NCBI GenBank assembly: GCA_964603175.1
Contig: CAZRUC010000001.1
Location: 19,743 to 47,720, forward strand
Length of the DNA: 27,978 nucleotides
Direction of reading: 5' to 3'
Source of the DNA: an uncultured Anaerolineaceae bacterium
Lineage (GTDB): Bacteria; Chloroflexota; Limnocylindria; Limnocylindrales; CSP1-4
Made by a program: the position numbers and the translations under genes. Shown one piece after another: positions 1 to 8,207 of the stretch (its first letter is position 1; every line of letters begins with the position of its first letter). The notes under the pieces are model-generated. The model did not search any database, was not told where the DNA came from, and saw only the letters and a program-made list of their open reading frames with translations.

Positions 1-2
1 TG

Positions 3-1052
3 AACCACGGGGCCGACGCAGCTCTGCGCGCCTACGACAGCGGCAAGATGGACGGCTTCTCGGCCACCCAGGCGCAGTACAACCTGCCGACCAACCTGGC
101 GATGGGGTACTACGACGGTTCGGACCTGCCGCTCTACTACAACCTCGCCACCAACTACGTGCTGGCCCAGCGTTTCTTCAGCTCAGCCTGGGGATCCAGC
201 GAAATCAACCACATGTATTCGGTGGCCGCGCGTGCCCCCGGGACGCTTGCCGCGACCGGCTACGACTTCTCGACGATCTTCGATCGCCTGCAGGCCGCGG
301 GCGTGTCGTGGAAGTTCTACGTCCAGAACTACGATCCGACGATCAACTTCCGCAACCACGATCCCGCCGCGGCGAAGTCGGCGCAGCTCATCTGGGCGCC
401 TCTCCTGGACTTCGCCCGGTTTGTGGACGACCCAACTCTCTCGTCCCACATCGTCGACATGTCGCAGTACTACACCGACCTTCAGAACGGCACGCTCCCG
501 GCTGTCGCCTACCTGGCTCCGAGCGGGCTGTCGGAGCACCCACCCGGAGACATCACCGTGGGCCAGTCGTTCGGCGGGGCAACGGTCACCTCTCTGATGC
601 GCAGCTCGGCCTGGGATAGCAGCCTATTCGTCCTGTCGTGGGACGACTGGGGCGGCTGGTATGACCACGTGGCTCCCCCGCAAGTCGATGCCGACGGCTA
701 CGGCTTCCGCGTCCCGGCCCTCATCGTTTCGCCCTATGCAAAGTCGGGCACGATCGACAACACGACATATGACTTTACCTCGGTCTTGAAGTTCATCGAG
801 GACAACTGGTCGCTTCAACCCTTGACGGCTCGCGATGCGACCGCGAACAGCATCTCGAACGCCCTCGACCTGAGCAAGCCGCCGGCCGATCCGGTCTTCC
901 CCGCCCAGACATATCCGATACAGCCCGCGCAGGACACCCACAACCGGCCGCTCCTGCTCGGCATCTACGCCGCCGTGGTCGCGATGGCAATCCTCCTCGG
1001 CGCCCTGATCCTCCTTCGGCCCTGGCGACGCCAGGCGCTCGACCAAGCCTGA
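3..1052 (+). CDS. Phosphoesterase / phospholipase C-acid phosphatase family protein with C-terminal membrane anchor (5' end lies outside the window)
   Basis: Frame is open from base 3 ([19 protein letters not shown]). Family motifs: [32 protein letters not shown] (Ser nucleophile position), [41 protein letters not shown]. Ends in a hydrophobic helix followed by RPWRR. Confidence 0.9.
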   Translation, partial: NHGADAALRAYDSGKMDGFSATQAQYNLPTNLAMGYYDGSDLPLYYNLATNYVLAQRFFSSAWGSSEINHMYSVAARAPGTLAATGYDFSTIFDRLQAAGVSWKFYVQNYDPTINFRNHDPAAAKSAQLIWAPLLDFARFVDDPTLSSHIVDMSQYYTDLQNGTLPAVAYLAPSGLSEHPPGDITVGQSFGGATVTSLMRSSAWDSSLFVLSWDDWGGWYDHVAPPQVDADGYGFRVPALIVSPYAKSGTIDNTTYDFTSVLKFIEDNWSLQPLTARDATANSISNALDLSKPPADPVFPAQTYPIQPAQDTHNRPLLLGIYAAVVAMAILLGALILLRPWRRQALDQA

Positions 1053-1060
1053 GGGCCACC

Positions 1061-2443
1061 ATGAACGAAAGTCTCGCCCATAACGACCATCGCCCGGGAA
1101 GGCTCGTCCACGCGCTCGCGCTGGCGGCCATCCTCGTGTTCAGCCTCGCCCTGGCGGCCGCACCCCGCGCTTACGCCGCGGCGACGGTCCCGGTCGCGAG
1201 CGTCCTTACGGCAGAGGTCCCGACAGGCAGCGTTCTGGGCAAGAACGTGATCGTCGGGGCGATTCTCAAGGACCGTTCCGGAGCTCCGCTGGCCGGGGAG
1301 CACTTGACCCTGTTCATCGAGGGCACCCAGCTGCAGTCCCAAGCGACGGACGCTCAGGGCGTGGCTTCCTTCACGATCCTCGGCAAGCGGCTCGATCAGG
1401 CCAGGGACTACCGGCTGACGGTGGTATTCAGCGGCACGCATGGATTCGCGCCCTCCACCGTGAACGTGACGCTCACCATCCTGGCCGCCGCCATCCAGAT
1501 CCAGACTGTTCCTCCAATGCCGGGGCTGAAATTCACGCTCGGAACTGCCAGTGCCCTCACCGGCCCGGACGGCATCGCCGCGCTTCCGGTACCCCAGGCC
1601 GGGTCCTACGACCTCACGGCCGACCTGAACCCGAACGTCGCCAATCCGACCGTCAAGGCCAGCTTCGTCCGTTGGCTCGATAACGTGTTCACGGCCAACC
1701 GAACGATCGACGTGACCGGGCCTGCGACATACACGATCGGCCTCACCGTGGCTTATCGCGCCGCGGTCCAATACGTCGACCTGAACAACCAGCCCGTGGA
1801 CCCGTCGCTGGTGTCCCAGGCTCAGTTCAGTACCGGGACCGGCGCCAACGACGTGGTCCTGAACTCGCAGACAAAACCCACCGACGTGTGGTGGACGGCC
1901 TCGACCACGATCCGCGCAGGCACGCAGCTTCTGCCATCGCCCGTGGTCTACCGCGCGCTCTCCGTGAAGATGCACGGCGCCGAAGTGGTGAACCGCGGTC
2001 AGCAATCCTGGACCCCGACCGAGAACGGCGTCTGGACCGTCCAGGTCTTGCTCTACGGGTTGACTGTGCAGACGCAGGACGCGCTCCTGGGCGGAGCCGT
2101 ATCCGGGAAGATCGAGCTCACCTATCCCAACGGCGACATCGCCACCAAATCTGTCGGGCCCGATGGCACAGTGACTTTCGACAATCTGCCTCGCGGTGAC
2201 TACAAGCTCTCGCTCGGATCCTCGCTCACTCCCCCAACCCAGGTGGCGCTATCGCGGCCCCAGTCGGCAACGCTCCGCGTGATCACCTATTTGGACATCG
2301 GTCTGGGGTTGGGCTTCGGGCTGGCGGTCGTCGTCATGCTGGTCCTCATCGGCCGGTGGTCGATCGTGACCAGGCGGCTGCGACGAAAGCAGCGCAGCCT
2401 TGCCGTGAGCACTCCCGCCGACTTGAGCCGGCCCGCCGCATAG
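1061..2443 (+). CDS. Secreted, C-terminally anchored protein with several Ig-like beta-sandwich domains; function unknown
   Basis: ATG preceded by GAGGG. Signal peptide (RLVHALALAAILVFSLALAAAPRAYA). Thr/Val-rich beta-strand patterns such as TDAQGVASF and DGTVTFDNLPRGDYKL. C-terminal TM followed by RRLRRKQR. Starts 8 nt after the previous stop. Confidence 0.75.
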   Translation: MNESLAHNDHRPGRLVHALALAAILVFSLALAAAPRAYAAATVPVASVLTAEVPTGSVLGKNVIVGAILKDRSGAPLAGEHLTLFIEGTQLQSQATDAQGVASFTILGKRLDQARDYRLTVVFSGTHGFAPSTVNVTLTILAAAIQIQTVPPMPGLKFTLGTASALTGPDGIAALPVPQAGSYDLTADLNPNVANPTVKASFVRWLDNVFTANRTIDVTGPATYTIGLTVAYRAAVQYVDLNNQPVDPSLVSQAQFSTGTGANDVVLNSQTKPTDVWWTASTTIRAGTQLLPSPVVYRALSVKMHGAEVVNRGQQSWTPTENGVWTVQVLLYGLTVQTQDALLGGAVSGKIELTYPNGDIATKSVGPDGTVTFDNLPRGDYKLSLGSSLTPPTQVALSRPQSATLRVITYLDIGLGLGFGLAVVVMLVLIGRWSIVTRRLRRKQRSLAVSTPADLSRPAA

Positions 2444-2478
2444 CGGCCGCTCAGCCTGCCTCCGTGCCAGCTCCACCG

Positions 2479-3720
2479 ATGCGCACCAGAGTCTCGCCCC
2501 CACATCGCCGCCGTCCCGTTCTATCGGCGACGGCGGCTTTGCTGTTCGTCCTTACGAGCCTGGGCGCGCTCATATCCGGCCCTGCGATCGGCGCGAGCCC
2601 CAGCGTCTCGCCTTCGGCGTCACCGCCGGTGCTTGCCTACTACTACATGTGGTTCAACGCCGCGAGCTGGACTCACACCAAAACCGATCTGCCCTCTCTC
2701 GGGGCCTACGACAGCACGGACCCAGCTATCGTCCACCAGCAGGTGGCTTGGGCTAAGGCTTCCGGAGTCGACGCCTTCATAGCGAGCTGGAAGCACACAC
2801 CGACCCTCGATACCGCCCTCGCGGAATTGGTTGCCGAGTGCCGGACGCAGGGGATGAAGCTCGTCCTCATCTACGAGGGCCTGGACGTCAATCGAAATCC
2901 GATCCCGGCTGCGACCGTAGGTGCAGACATCGCCTGGTTTGCGGATCGCTACGGGTCCGACCCTGTATTCGACGTGTACGGCAAGCTCGCCGTCGTCTGG
3001 TCGGGCAGCTGGCAGTTCAGCGACGCCCAGATCGCCGGCGTCCGTACGCAAGTCGGCGCTCCCGATCGGCTGCTGCTGCTCGGTTCCGAGAAGGACGCGG
3101 CCTCGTACACGGCGAGGGCGAGCCTGTTCGACGGCGATGCCTACTACTGGTCCTCGGCGGATCCGCTCTCGACGCCCGGCTACCAGAAGCGCCTGACACA
3201 GCTCGGCGCAGCCGTCCACGCCGACCAGGGAATCTGGCTCGCCCCGGCCGCGGTCGGCTTCGACGCCCGCCTCAACGGCGGGACGACGGTCGTCGATCGG
3301 CGCAGCGGTGACACCCTCCGGCAGGCATGGTCCGACGCGCTGGCGACCGCTCCCGAAGGCGTGGCGCTGATCAGCTGGAACGAATACACCGAGAACAGCT
3401 ACGTGGAGCCCAGCCGCAACTACGGCTTCCAGTACCTCCAGGTTCTGGCGAGCTTGACGGGCGCCGCCGGGCCCGCCGTTCCGTCCGCGGCGTCGACATC
3501 GACACCGACACCGACCGCTTCGGCAACCCCGGGTAGCTCGGTGGCCGCCGCCAACGGCGGCACGGGTCCGCGCAGCCCAAGCTACGGCGCGTCCTTGGGC
3601 CGGTCCCAACCGCCCTACGAATGGCTCGGATCGGTGCTCGTGGCCCTGGCGCTTATCGCCGGCCTGGCCATACTCGGGGTCAACCGACGCAGGCGGACGG
3701 AGCGGGGTTCCAGTGACTGA
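2479..3720 (+). CDS. GH99/GH71-like glycoside hydrolase with signal peptide, Ser/Thr/Pro linker and C-terminal TM anchor
   Basis: LAYYYMWF, GAYDS.DP.IV.QQV.WAK.SGVDAFI.SW, PGFD-like VGFD, and ISWNEY.ENS.VEP with an E-x-x-E catalytic pattern. The start is moved from the track's 2356, which overlaps the previous gene, to the ATG at 2479 preceding the signal peptide. Confidence 0.8.
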   Translation: MRTRVSPPHRRRPVLSATAALLFVLTSLGALISGPAIGASPSVSPSASPPVLAYYYMWFNAASWTHTKTDLPSLGAYDSTDPAIVHQQVAWAKASGVDAFIASWKHTPTLDTALAELVAECRTQGMKLVLIYEGLDVNRNPIPAATVGADIAWFADRYGSDPVFDVYGKLAVVWSGSWQFSDAQIAGVRTQVGAPDRLLLLGSEKDAASYTARASLFDGDAYYWSSADPLSTPGYQKRLTQLGAAVHADQGIWLAPAAVGFDARLNGGTTVVDRRSGDTLRQAWSDALATAPEGVALISWNEYTENSYVEPSRNYGFQYLQVLASLTGAAGPAVPSAASTSTPTPTASATPGSSVAAANGGTGPRSPSYGASLGRSQPPYEWLGSVLVALALIAGLAILGVNRRRRTERGSSD

Positions 3721-4384
3721 TTCACAGGGCGGAGCGGATCGGCCCGCTGTGGCCGTGGCCGTGGCGACTCCCCCGGCGAAACACCATCGGGGCCTACGCC
3801 TGGTCGTCGCAATCGTGGTCGCTCTGGCGATCGCCGCTTTCGTGGCCACGTGGGCGCTGCCCAACATGGCCGGACCGCTCTTCGTTCAGGTTAGCGTGCT
3901 GGTGGCGCCGCGGCCCGGCGTGACCGGCCCGACCGTGATAATCGCGGACCGCGCGCCGGTTCAGGCAACCGCGTTGGACATCGGCGTTGAAGTCGTCAAT
4001 CACTACCCGCTGGGTGTCGTCCTCGGAACGGGGCGAACGGCGTTCCAGGCCGCCATATACCGGCGCGATGCCACCGGGCAATTGGTCAGGGTCTGGCAGA
4101 CCAGCGCCAACGACCCGCTCCTCGAGGAAGGGTCGGACTCGCCGGTGGGCGGGGGTTCTTCCGGCGGCGCGGCCGTCGTTCCTTCGGGCACCACCCGCCA
4201 CGACCTGACGAGTTCGACGGCCTGGTTCAACCTTGTCGGGGGGCCCGGCGCCCCGCTCGAGGCCGGCGTGTACTACCTCCGGGTATGGGCCTACGGGATC
4301 GGGAGCCAGCTCGTCCCGATCTCTCTCGACGGCGGCACGGATCCGCTCGGTACGCCCGCGGACCTGCCGGCTCCCTCAAACTGA
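3713..4384 (+). CDS. Hypothetical membrane protein: N-terminal TM plus a probable Ig-like domain
   Basis: GTG start overlaps the upstream stop (GTGACTGA). TM LRLVVAIVVALAIAAFVATWAL. C-terminal GVYYLRVW strand is typical of Ig-like folds. Confidence 0.7.
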   Translation: MTDSQGGADRPAVAVAVATPPAKHHRGLRLVVAIVVALAIAAFVATWALPNMAGPLFVQVSVLVAPRPGVTGPTVIIADRAPVQATALDIGVEVVNHYPLGVVLGTGRTAFQAAIYRRDATGQLVRVWQTSANDPLLEEGSDSPVGGGSSGGAAVVPSGTTRHDLTSSTAWFNLVGGPGAPLEAGVYYLRVWAYGIGSQLVPISLDGGTDPLGTPADLPAPSN

Positions 4385-4406
4385 GACCCGCCCGATCGCA
4401 GGTGCG

Positions 4407-5627
4407 TCAGGCGCCGGCCGAGAACATCTGGACCCAATGAGCCGTCCGGCGCAGGTAGGCGTCCGGCGCGTCGGCCGCGGCAACCGCGTAGGCGCCTTCG
4501 TAGCCCTTGTAAGTCCTCGCTCCGGAAGCGAAATCCTGGGCGGGCTCGATCTGCGTCCCTTCGTGCCACTCGTTGAAGGTGGTCACGCTGATCCACTCCG
4601 ACCCGGCGGAGATGGCCGCCTGCCACATGGCGTCGTAGCGGGCGCCGTTCTGCCGGTCCACGAACAACTGACCCGTCGCGACCGCCTCGTGGTTGTCGAA
4701 GCCCGGGCTGACGCTGGGGCTGCAGATGACGTTCGCGGCACGGCAGCCCGACACCAGAGCGTCGAAGTCGGCGGGCGAGGCCAGCGCATCGTACGTGTAG
4801 ACGCCGTCGCCTCCGTCTTTTGTCGCAGACGAGGCTTTTGGCGAGTGGATCATGACGATCGAGTCGTCCGGCGTGCCGCGCAAGCTATCGAGCGAGGCCT
4901 TGAGATCTGCTGCCGGGAGCCTGCTGGCGGCGAAAACGTAGAAGACCGGCCGCGCCACTGCCGTCCCGCTGGCGGCCGTAGGCCTGGAGATTCGCAAGAG
5001 CGCGGGCGACGACCCGAACCGGCCTAGCAAGTAGTGCACATCGCTTGCAATCGAGGCGGCGGTCTGCCCGGTGTAGGGCTCGAGGTGGAACGCGATCCGG
5101 ATCCCGGCCGCTTCGGCTGCCGCGAACAGGCCGTCGAGCGATTGATCGTCCCAGCTGCCCTGGCCCCACCAGCTGACCGCAATCGCCCCCACTCCGGCAG
5201 AGCGTAGATCGTTCATCTGAGCGGCCAGGACGTTCGGGTCGCGCGAGCTGTAAGGACCCCTCAGCGGGTAATACGAGGAGGCGATGTCGTCCGGCGGCGT
5301 ATGGCTCAGCTGATTCCAGTGGCGCCAGGCCCCGTCATTGGCAAGTGTCCCATACCAGAGGTAGTAGAAGGCGGTGACCAGTGTCGAAGGCGGCGGGCCC
5401 GTGAAGGGCGAGGCACTTGGAGAAGAACTCGTGTCGGGCGACGGGACCGAACTTGGCGTCGGCGTTGCGGCGACGTCCGAATGCCCGGAAGTAGCCGTCG
5501 GGGGCGTAGAGCCGCATGCCGCCAACCCGACCGCGGCGAGCAGCATGATCGCCAGGGATGCCGCCCGACCCCGCGCAAATGGAGATTTCCGGCGCCGTGC
5601 CCGCGCGAACGTAAACGATACGTTCAC
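4407..5627 (-). CDS. GH99 endo-alpha-1,2-mannosidase/mannanase-family lipoprotein
   Basis: Lipobox LAAC. TAFYYLWYG, WRHWN, PPDDIASSYYPLRGPYSSRDP, AVSWWG, FHLEPY, PSVSPGFD, TFNEWHEGTQIEPA (GH99 catalytic E-x-x-E). Start uncertain: ATG 5651, GTG 5627 or ATG 5546. Confidence 0.9.
   Translation of the reverse strand: MNVSFTFARARRRKSPFARGRAASLAIMLLAAVGLAACGSTPPTATSGHSDVAATPTPSSVPSPDTSSSPSASPFTGPPPSTLVTAFYYLWYGTLANDGAWRHWNQLSHTPPDDIASSYYPLRGPYSSRDPNVLAAQMNDLRSAGVGAIAVSWWGQGSWDDQSLDGLFAAAEAAGIRIAFHLEPYTGQTAASIASDVHYLLGRFGSSPALLRISRPTAASGTAVARPVFYVFAASRLPAADLKASLDSLRGTPDDSIVMIHSPKASSATKDGGDGVYTYDALASPADFDALVSGCRAANVICSPSVSPGFDNHEAVATGQLFVDRQNGARYDAMWQAAISAGSEWISVTTFNEWHEGTQIEPAQDFASGARTYKGYEGAYAVAAADAPDAYLRRTAHWVQMFSAGA
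5607..5625. promoter_or_regulatory. Perfect 7-bp inverted repeat GAACGTA-N5-TACGTTC between divergent genes; candidate operator or back-to-back -10 pair
   Basis: The palindrome is directly visible, and each arm reads TACGTT (TAnnnT) pointing outward. Function is inferred. Confidence 0.4.
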
Positions 5628-5686
5628 ATTCGGTTGACATGGCCGGCCCATTCTGGCCTCGTGATAGATGGCTCAAAGGAGAGACA

Positions 5687-6160
5687 ATGGGAATCGTGAT
5701 GACGGTCCCGTGCCGATCGTACTCGGCTCAGACCTTCGATGGTTGCCCGGCTTGTCTCGATGCGGCCCTCGATGCCGTGACGCAGGCCGGTTTGTACCTG
5801 CTGGGACGGGCGGCGCCAAGCCTGTGCGGCGGGGCGGAAGGTCGGATAGAGATGTCGTACCGGCTGAACGTGCGTCTGTACGACGACAAGGGCGGCGAGA
5901 TGGCTGCCGACGAAGTCCTCGTCGACCAGTCGGTCGAGGGAGTCCTCGAACTTGCCGATCACGAAACGACCGAAGGTGGCTTCGGCGAGGACATCGAACC
6001 CGAAACGTCGATGCGTCTGGACGACTTCCAGACGACCGTCGATAACCTGGAACTCGCGCCGGCAGGCCGGGATGGCGCCTGCGGCTCGATCGATGGGAGC
6101 CTGCTGGGCTTCGGCCAGGTCGTGGGCCGGTTTACTGTCGAGATCGCAGCGGCCCGCTGA
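5687..6160 (+). CDS. Hypothetical acidic protein with N-terminal C-x10-CxxC motif
   Basis: Strong RBS AAGGAGAG 3 nt before ATG 5687. 157 aa. Followed by a terminator hairpin. No family recognised. Confidence 0.65.
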   Translation: MGIVMTVPCRSYSAQTFDGCPACLDAALDAVTQAGLYLLGRAAPSLCGGAEGRIEMSYRLNVRLYDDKGGEMAADEVLVDQSVEGVLELADHETTEGGFGEDIEPETSMRLDDFQTTVDNLELAPAGRDGACGSIDGSLLGFGQVVGRFTVEIAAAR

Positions 6161-6210
6161 CCCGGAACCAAGAGAGTCCCGTCGCCGGTAGGCAGATCCC
6201 GGCGCACAAT

Positions 6211-6247
6211 AGAAGCGGCCGACCCGTTTCCCGGGTCGGCCGCTTCT
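6211..6247. terminator. Probable bidirectional intrinsic terminator
   Basis: Perfect 16-bp stem AGAAGCGGCCGACCCG / CGGGTCGGCCGCTTCT with a 5-nt loop, T-rich tail on + (TTCTTGTTT), lying between two convergent genes. Confidence 0.85.
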
Positions 6248-6267
6248 TGTTTACGAGTGTCGAGGGA

Positions 6268-7881
6268 CTAGTAGGGGAACGCCATGGAGGACGCGGAGGA
6301 CGCGCTCCCCAGGTACGACAGGCCCCAGGCCTGCTCGATGGTGTGGAGCATCGAGTAGTGGGTGTACGACGCGCTGGTCTTGTAGCCGGCGGTCATGTTG
6401 GGAGTGACCGCGATGGTCATGACGTGGCCGCCGCCGCTGACGTTGGTCGTGCCCTCGTCGAAGGTCAGGTAGACGACTGAGTTGGCGAATGCCGGGCTGC
6501 TGGTGATCTTCGGCAGGAAAGCCTTCAGGAAGTTGTCGCCATCGGCGACGGTTCCGTCATGCATGTCGTTGATCATGTTCGGGGTGATGAACTGGAAGTT
6601 CGCCGCCGCCGGATCGAAGCTCGCCAGGTTGGTGATGTTGGCGCACTTGGAGCTGTTGCCGCTGATGCTCGTGTAGCTGATGGCCGGGTTGTGCTTGCGA
6701 ACATAGGCGCCCGACTTGCCCACGCCATCGGTCACAGCCGAGGACGACGAGCCGGCGAAGCAGTTGCCCGGATTGCCCTGCTGGACGGACTTCCAGGTAC
6801 GGCCCGAAGCCGTGATCTGGTCGAACAGGTTGTTCACGCCCAGGTTGTAGACGCCGTCGTCGGCGATGCCCTGAGTGCCGCCGGAGGTGAGGGCGATGTA
6901 GTTCGGCTCGGAAGGATGGCGCTCAGCGTAGAAGCCAGTCGAGAGACCGTACTTCGAGACCAGCGAGTTGATGAAGGGGGCGCTGCTCGAACCGATGACG
7001 CTCGAGTATTCCTTGTTCTCGAAGATGATCACGTAGACGTGGCTGAAGTTGGGGACGGTGCCGGACGGGGGAAGAGTCGGGCCGGTCGTCGGAGAAGCGG
7101 TCGGGGTTGAGCCGGCCGTCGGCGTGGAGCCGGGCGTCGGGGTTGAGCCGGCCGTCGGAGTGGAGCCGGGCGTCGGGGTCGAGCCGGGCGTCGGGGTCGC
7201 GCTGCTACCCATCTCCAGGGTCGTAGTCGCGATCAGGGTTCCGGCGGTGTCCTTGGCCGAGATCCGGCTGGTGCCGAGCGGAGTCGAGCTCGGGATGGGG
7301 AAAGCGACGCTGAACGAACCGGCGGAAGAGGCCGTGAAGGTTGCCTCCTTGCAGCCGTTGATAGTGAGATTGCCGGTCTTCCCTGCCGCGAAACCGCTAC
7401 CGGCGACGTTGACCTGTCCGCCGGGGTTCGCATAGGCCGGGACGCTGATAGTCGCCACGCCCGAAACAGCAGGCGGAACCGTGGCAGCCACCGCGCCGAT
7501 GGCCAGGGTTGTCGTGGCAAGCAATGCGCTCGCGCTCGTCTTGGCCGAGATCCGACCCACGCTACCGAGCGCCGCGCTGCTGGGAATCGTAAATGGGGCG
7601 CTGAACGAACCGGCGGAAGAGGCGGTGAAATTGGTCACCTGTCCACCGTTGTAGGTCAGGACGCCTGCCTGGCCGGCCCCGAACCCTTTGCCCGCGACAG
7701 TGATCTGCGAGCCGGGCGCGGCAGTGGCCGGCGCGGAGATGCTGGCGGATGCCGCCGCAGCGGTCATGACCGCGGACAGAGCGAGAACAGCGACAGCCAT
7801 GACCGCGAAAAGCCGTAGCTTTCGGGGCGAGCTTCGTTTGAGCCCGTTGGTGAGAGGAAGCCTGGAAGGGCTCTGGAACAT
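6268..7881 (-). CDS. Secreted acid phosphatase / phosphoesterase-family protein with two tandem N-terminal Ig-like repeats and a PT linker
   Basis: RBS AAGGAGGAG. Signal peptide. Catalytic domain [64 protein letters not shown]. Confidence 0.9.
   Translation of the reverse strand: MFQSPSRLPLTNGLKRSSPRKLRLFAVMAVAVLALSAVMTAAAASASISAPATAAPGSQITVAGKGFGAGQAGVLTYNGGQVTNFTASSAGSFSAPFTIPSSAALGSVGRISAKTSASALLATTTLAIGAVAATVPPAVSGVATISVPAYANPGGQVNVAGSGFAAGKTGNLTINGCKEATFTASSAGSFSVAFPIPSSTPLGTSRISAKDTAGTLIATTTLEMGSSATPTPGSTPTPGSTPTAGSTPTPGSTPTAGSTPTASPTTGPTLPPSGTVPNFSHVYVIIFENKEYSSVIGSSSAPFINSLVSKYGLSTGFYAERHPSEPNYIALTSGGTQGIADDGVYNLGVNNLFDQITASGRTWKSVQQGNPGNCFAGSSSSAVTDGVGKSGAYVRKHNPAISYTSISGNSSKCANITNLASFDPAAANFQFITPNMINDMHDGTVADGDNFLKAFLPKITSSPAFANSVVYLTFDEGTTNVSGGGHVMTIAVTPNMTAGYKTSASYTHYSMLHTIEQAWGLSYLGSASSASSMAFPY
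7100..7198. repeat. 18-nt tandem repeat (~5.5 copies, with a 36-nt higher-order unit) encoding an (STPTP/AG)n linker
   Basis: Units GTCGG(G/C/A)GT(T/G/C)GAGCCGG(C/G)C. 7100-7135 and 7136-7171 differ at one base. Confidence 0.9.
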
Positions 7882-8207
7882 TTCTCCTCCTTCCCGCGGA
7901 CGGCCTCACAAGCGGTGCGCGGTTGGGGACGGACGGGACGGGACCTGGAGCGCCACGGGTGACGGCCCGCGAGATTCGCGCTCGCTGAGCGGATGTCCCA
8001 ATCTGCCTTGGGTGGTGGAACGCCGGCCTCAGCCGACCTCGACCGCCCGAATCTAACCCTCGAGAGGACCCACGGTCCAGTAGACCATGGGACTCGCGGC
8101 TGCCCCCGCTATGTCCTCTCTTAAGGTAGTCCACCACGACCAGCCCCAACGGGTAGGTGACCGCGGACACCCGGGCTGGCGCGGCCGCGTGGGCGCGTGG
8201 GCGCGCG

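Noticed and set aside
965-2005. Long minus-strand ORF (346 aa), and similar shadows at 2620-3867, 4233-5027, 9788-11299, 11629-13209 and 16883-18037
   Set aside because: Each is antisense to a gene with clear family motifs. They are Arg/Gly/Pro-rich with no motifs, as expected from high-GC codon bias.
5634-5639. Perfect TTGACA -35 hexamer upstream of the 5687 gene
   Set aside because: No TAnnnT at 16-19 nt spacing, so it is not called as a promoter.
7100-7198. Tandem repeats here and at 19443-19502 and 21261-21306 considered as CRISPR-like arrays
   Set aside because: No spacers, unit lengths are multiples of 3, they lie in frame inside Pro/Thr linkers, and there are no cas genes.
8045-8058. 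GCCCGAATCTAACC resembles the 3' part of the c-di-AMP (ydaO) riboswitch
   Set aside because: Wrong strand for the adjacent phosphoesterase gene, lacks the CCGUCAGC core, and no + strand gene follows.
8099-8109. GCTGCCCCCGC resembles a cobalamin riboswitch segment
   Set aside because: The upstream GGGAA...GGUG.AA.UCC and the downstream AACUGU elements are absent, and the orientation serves no gene.
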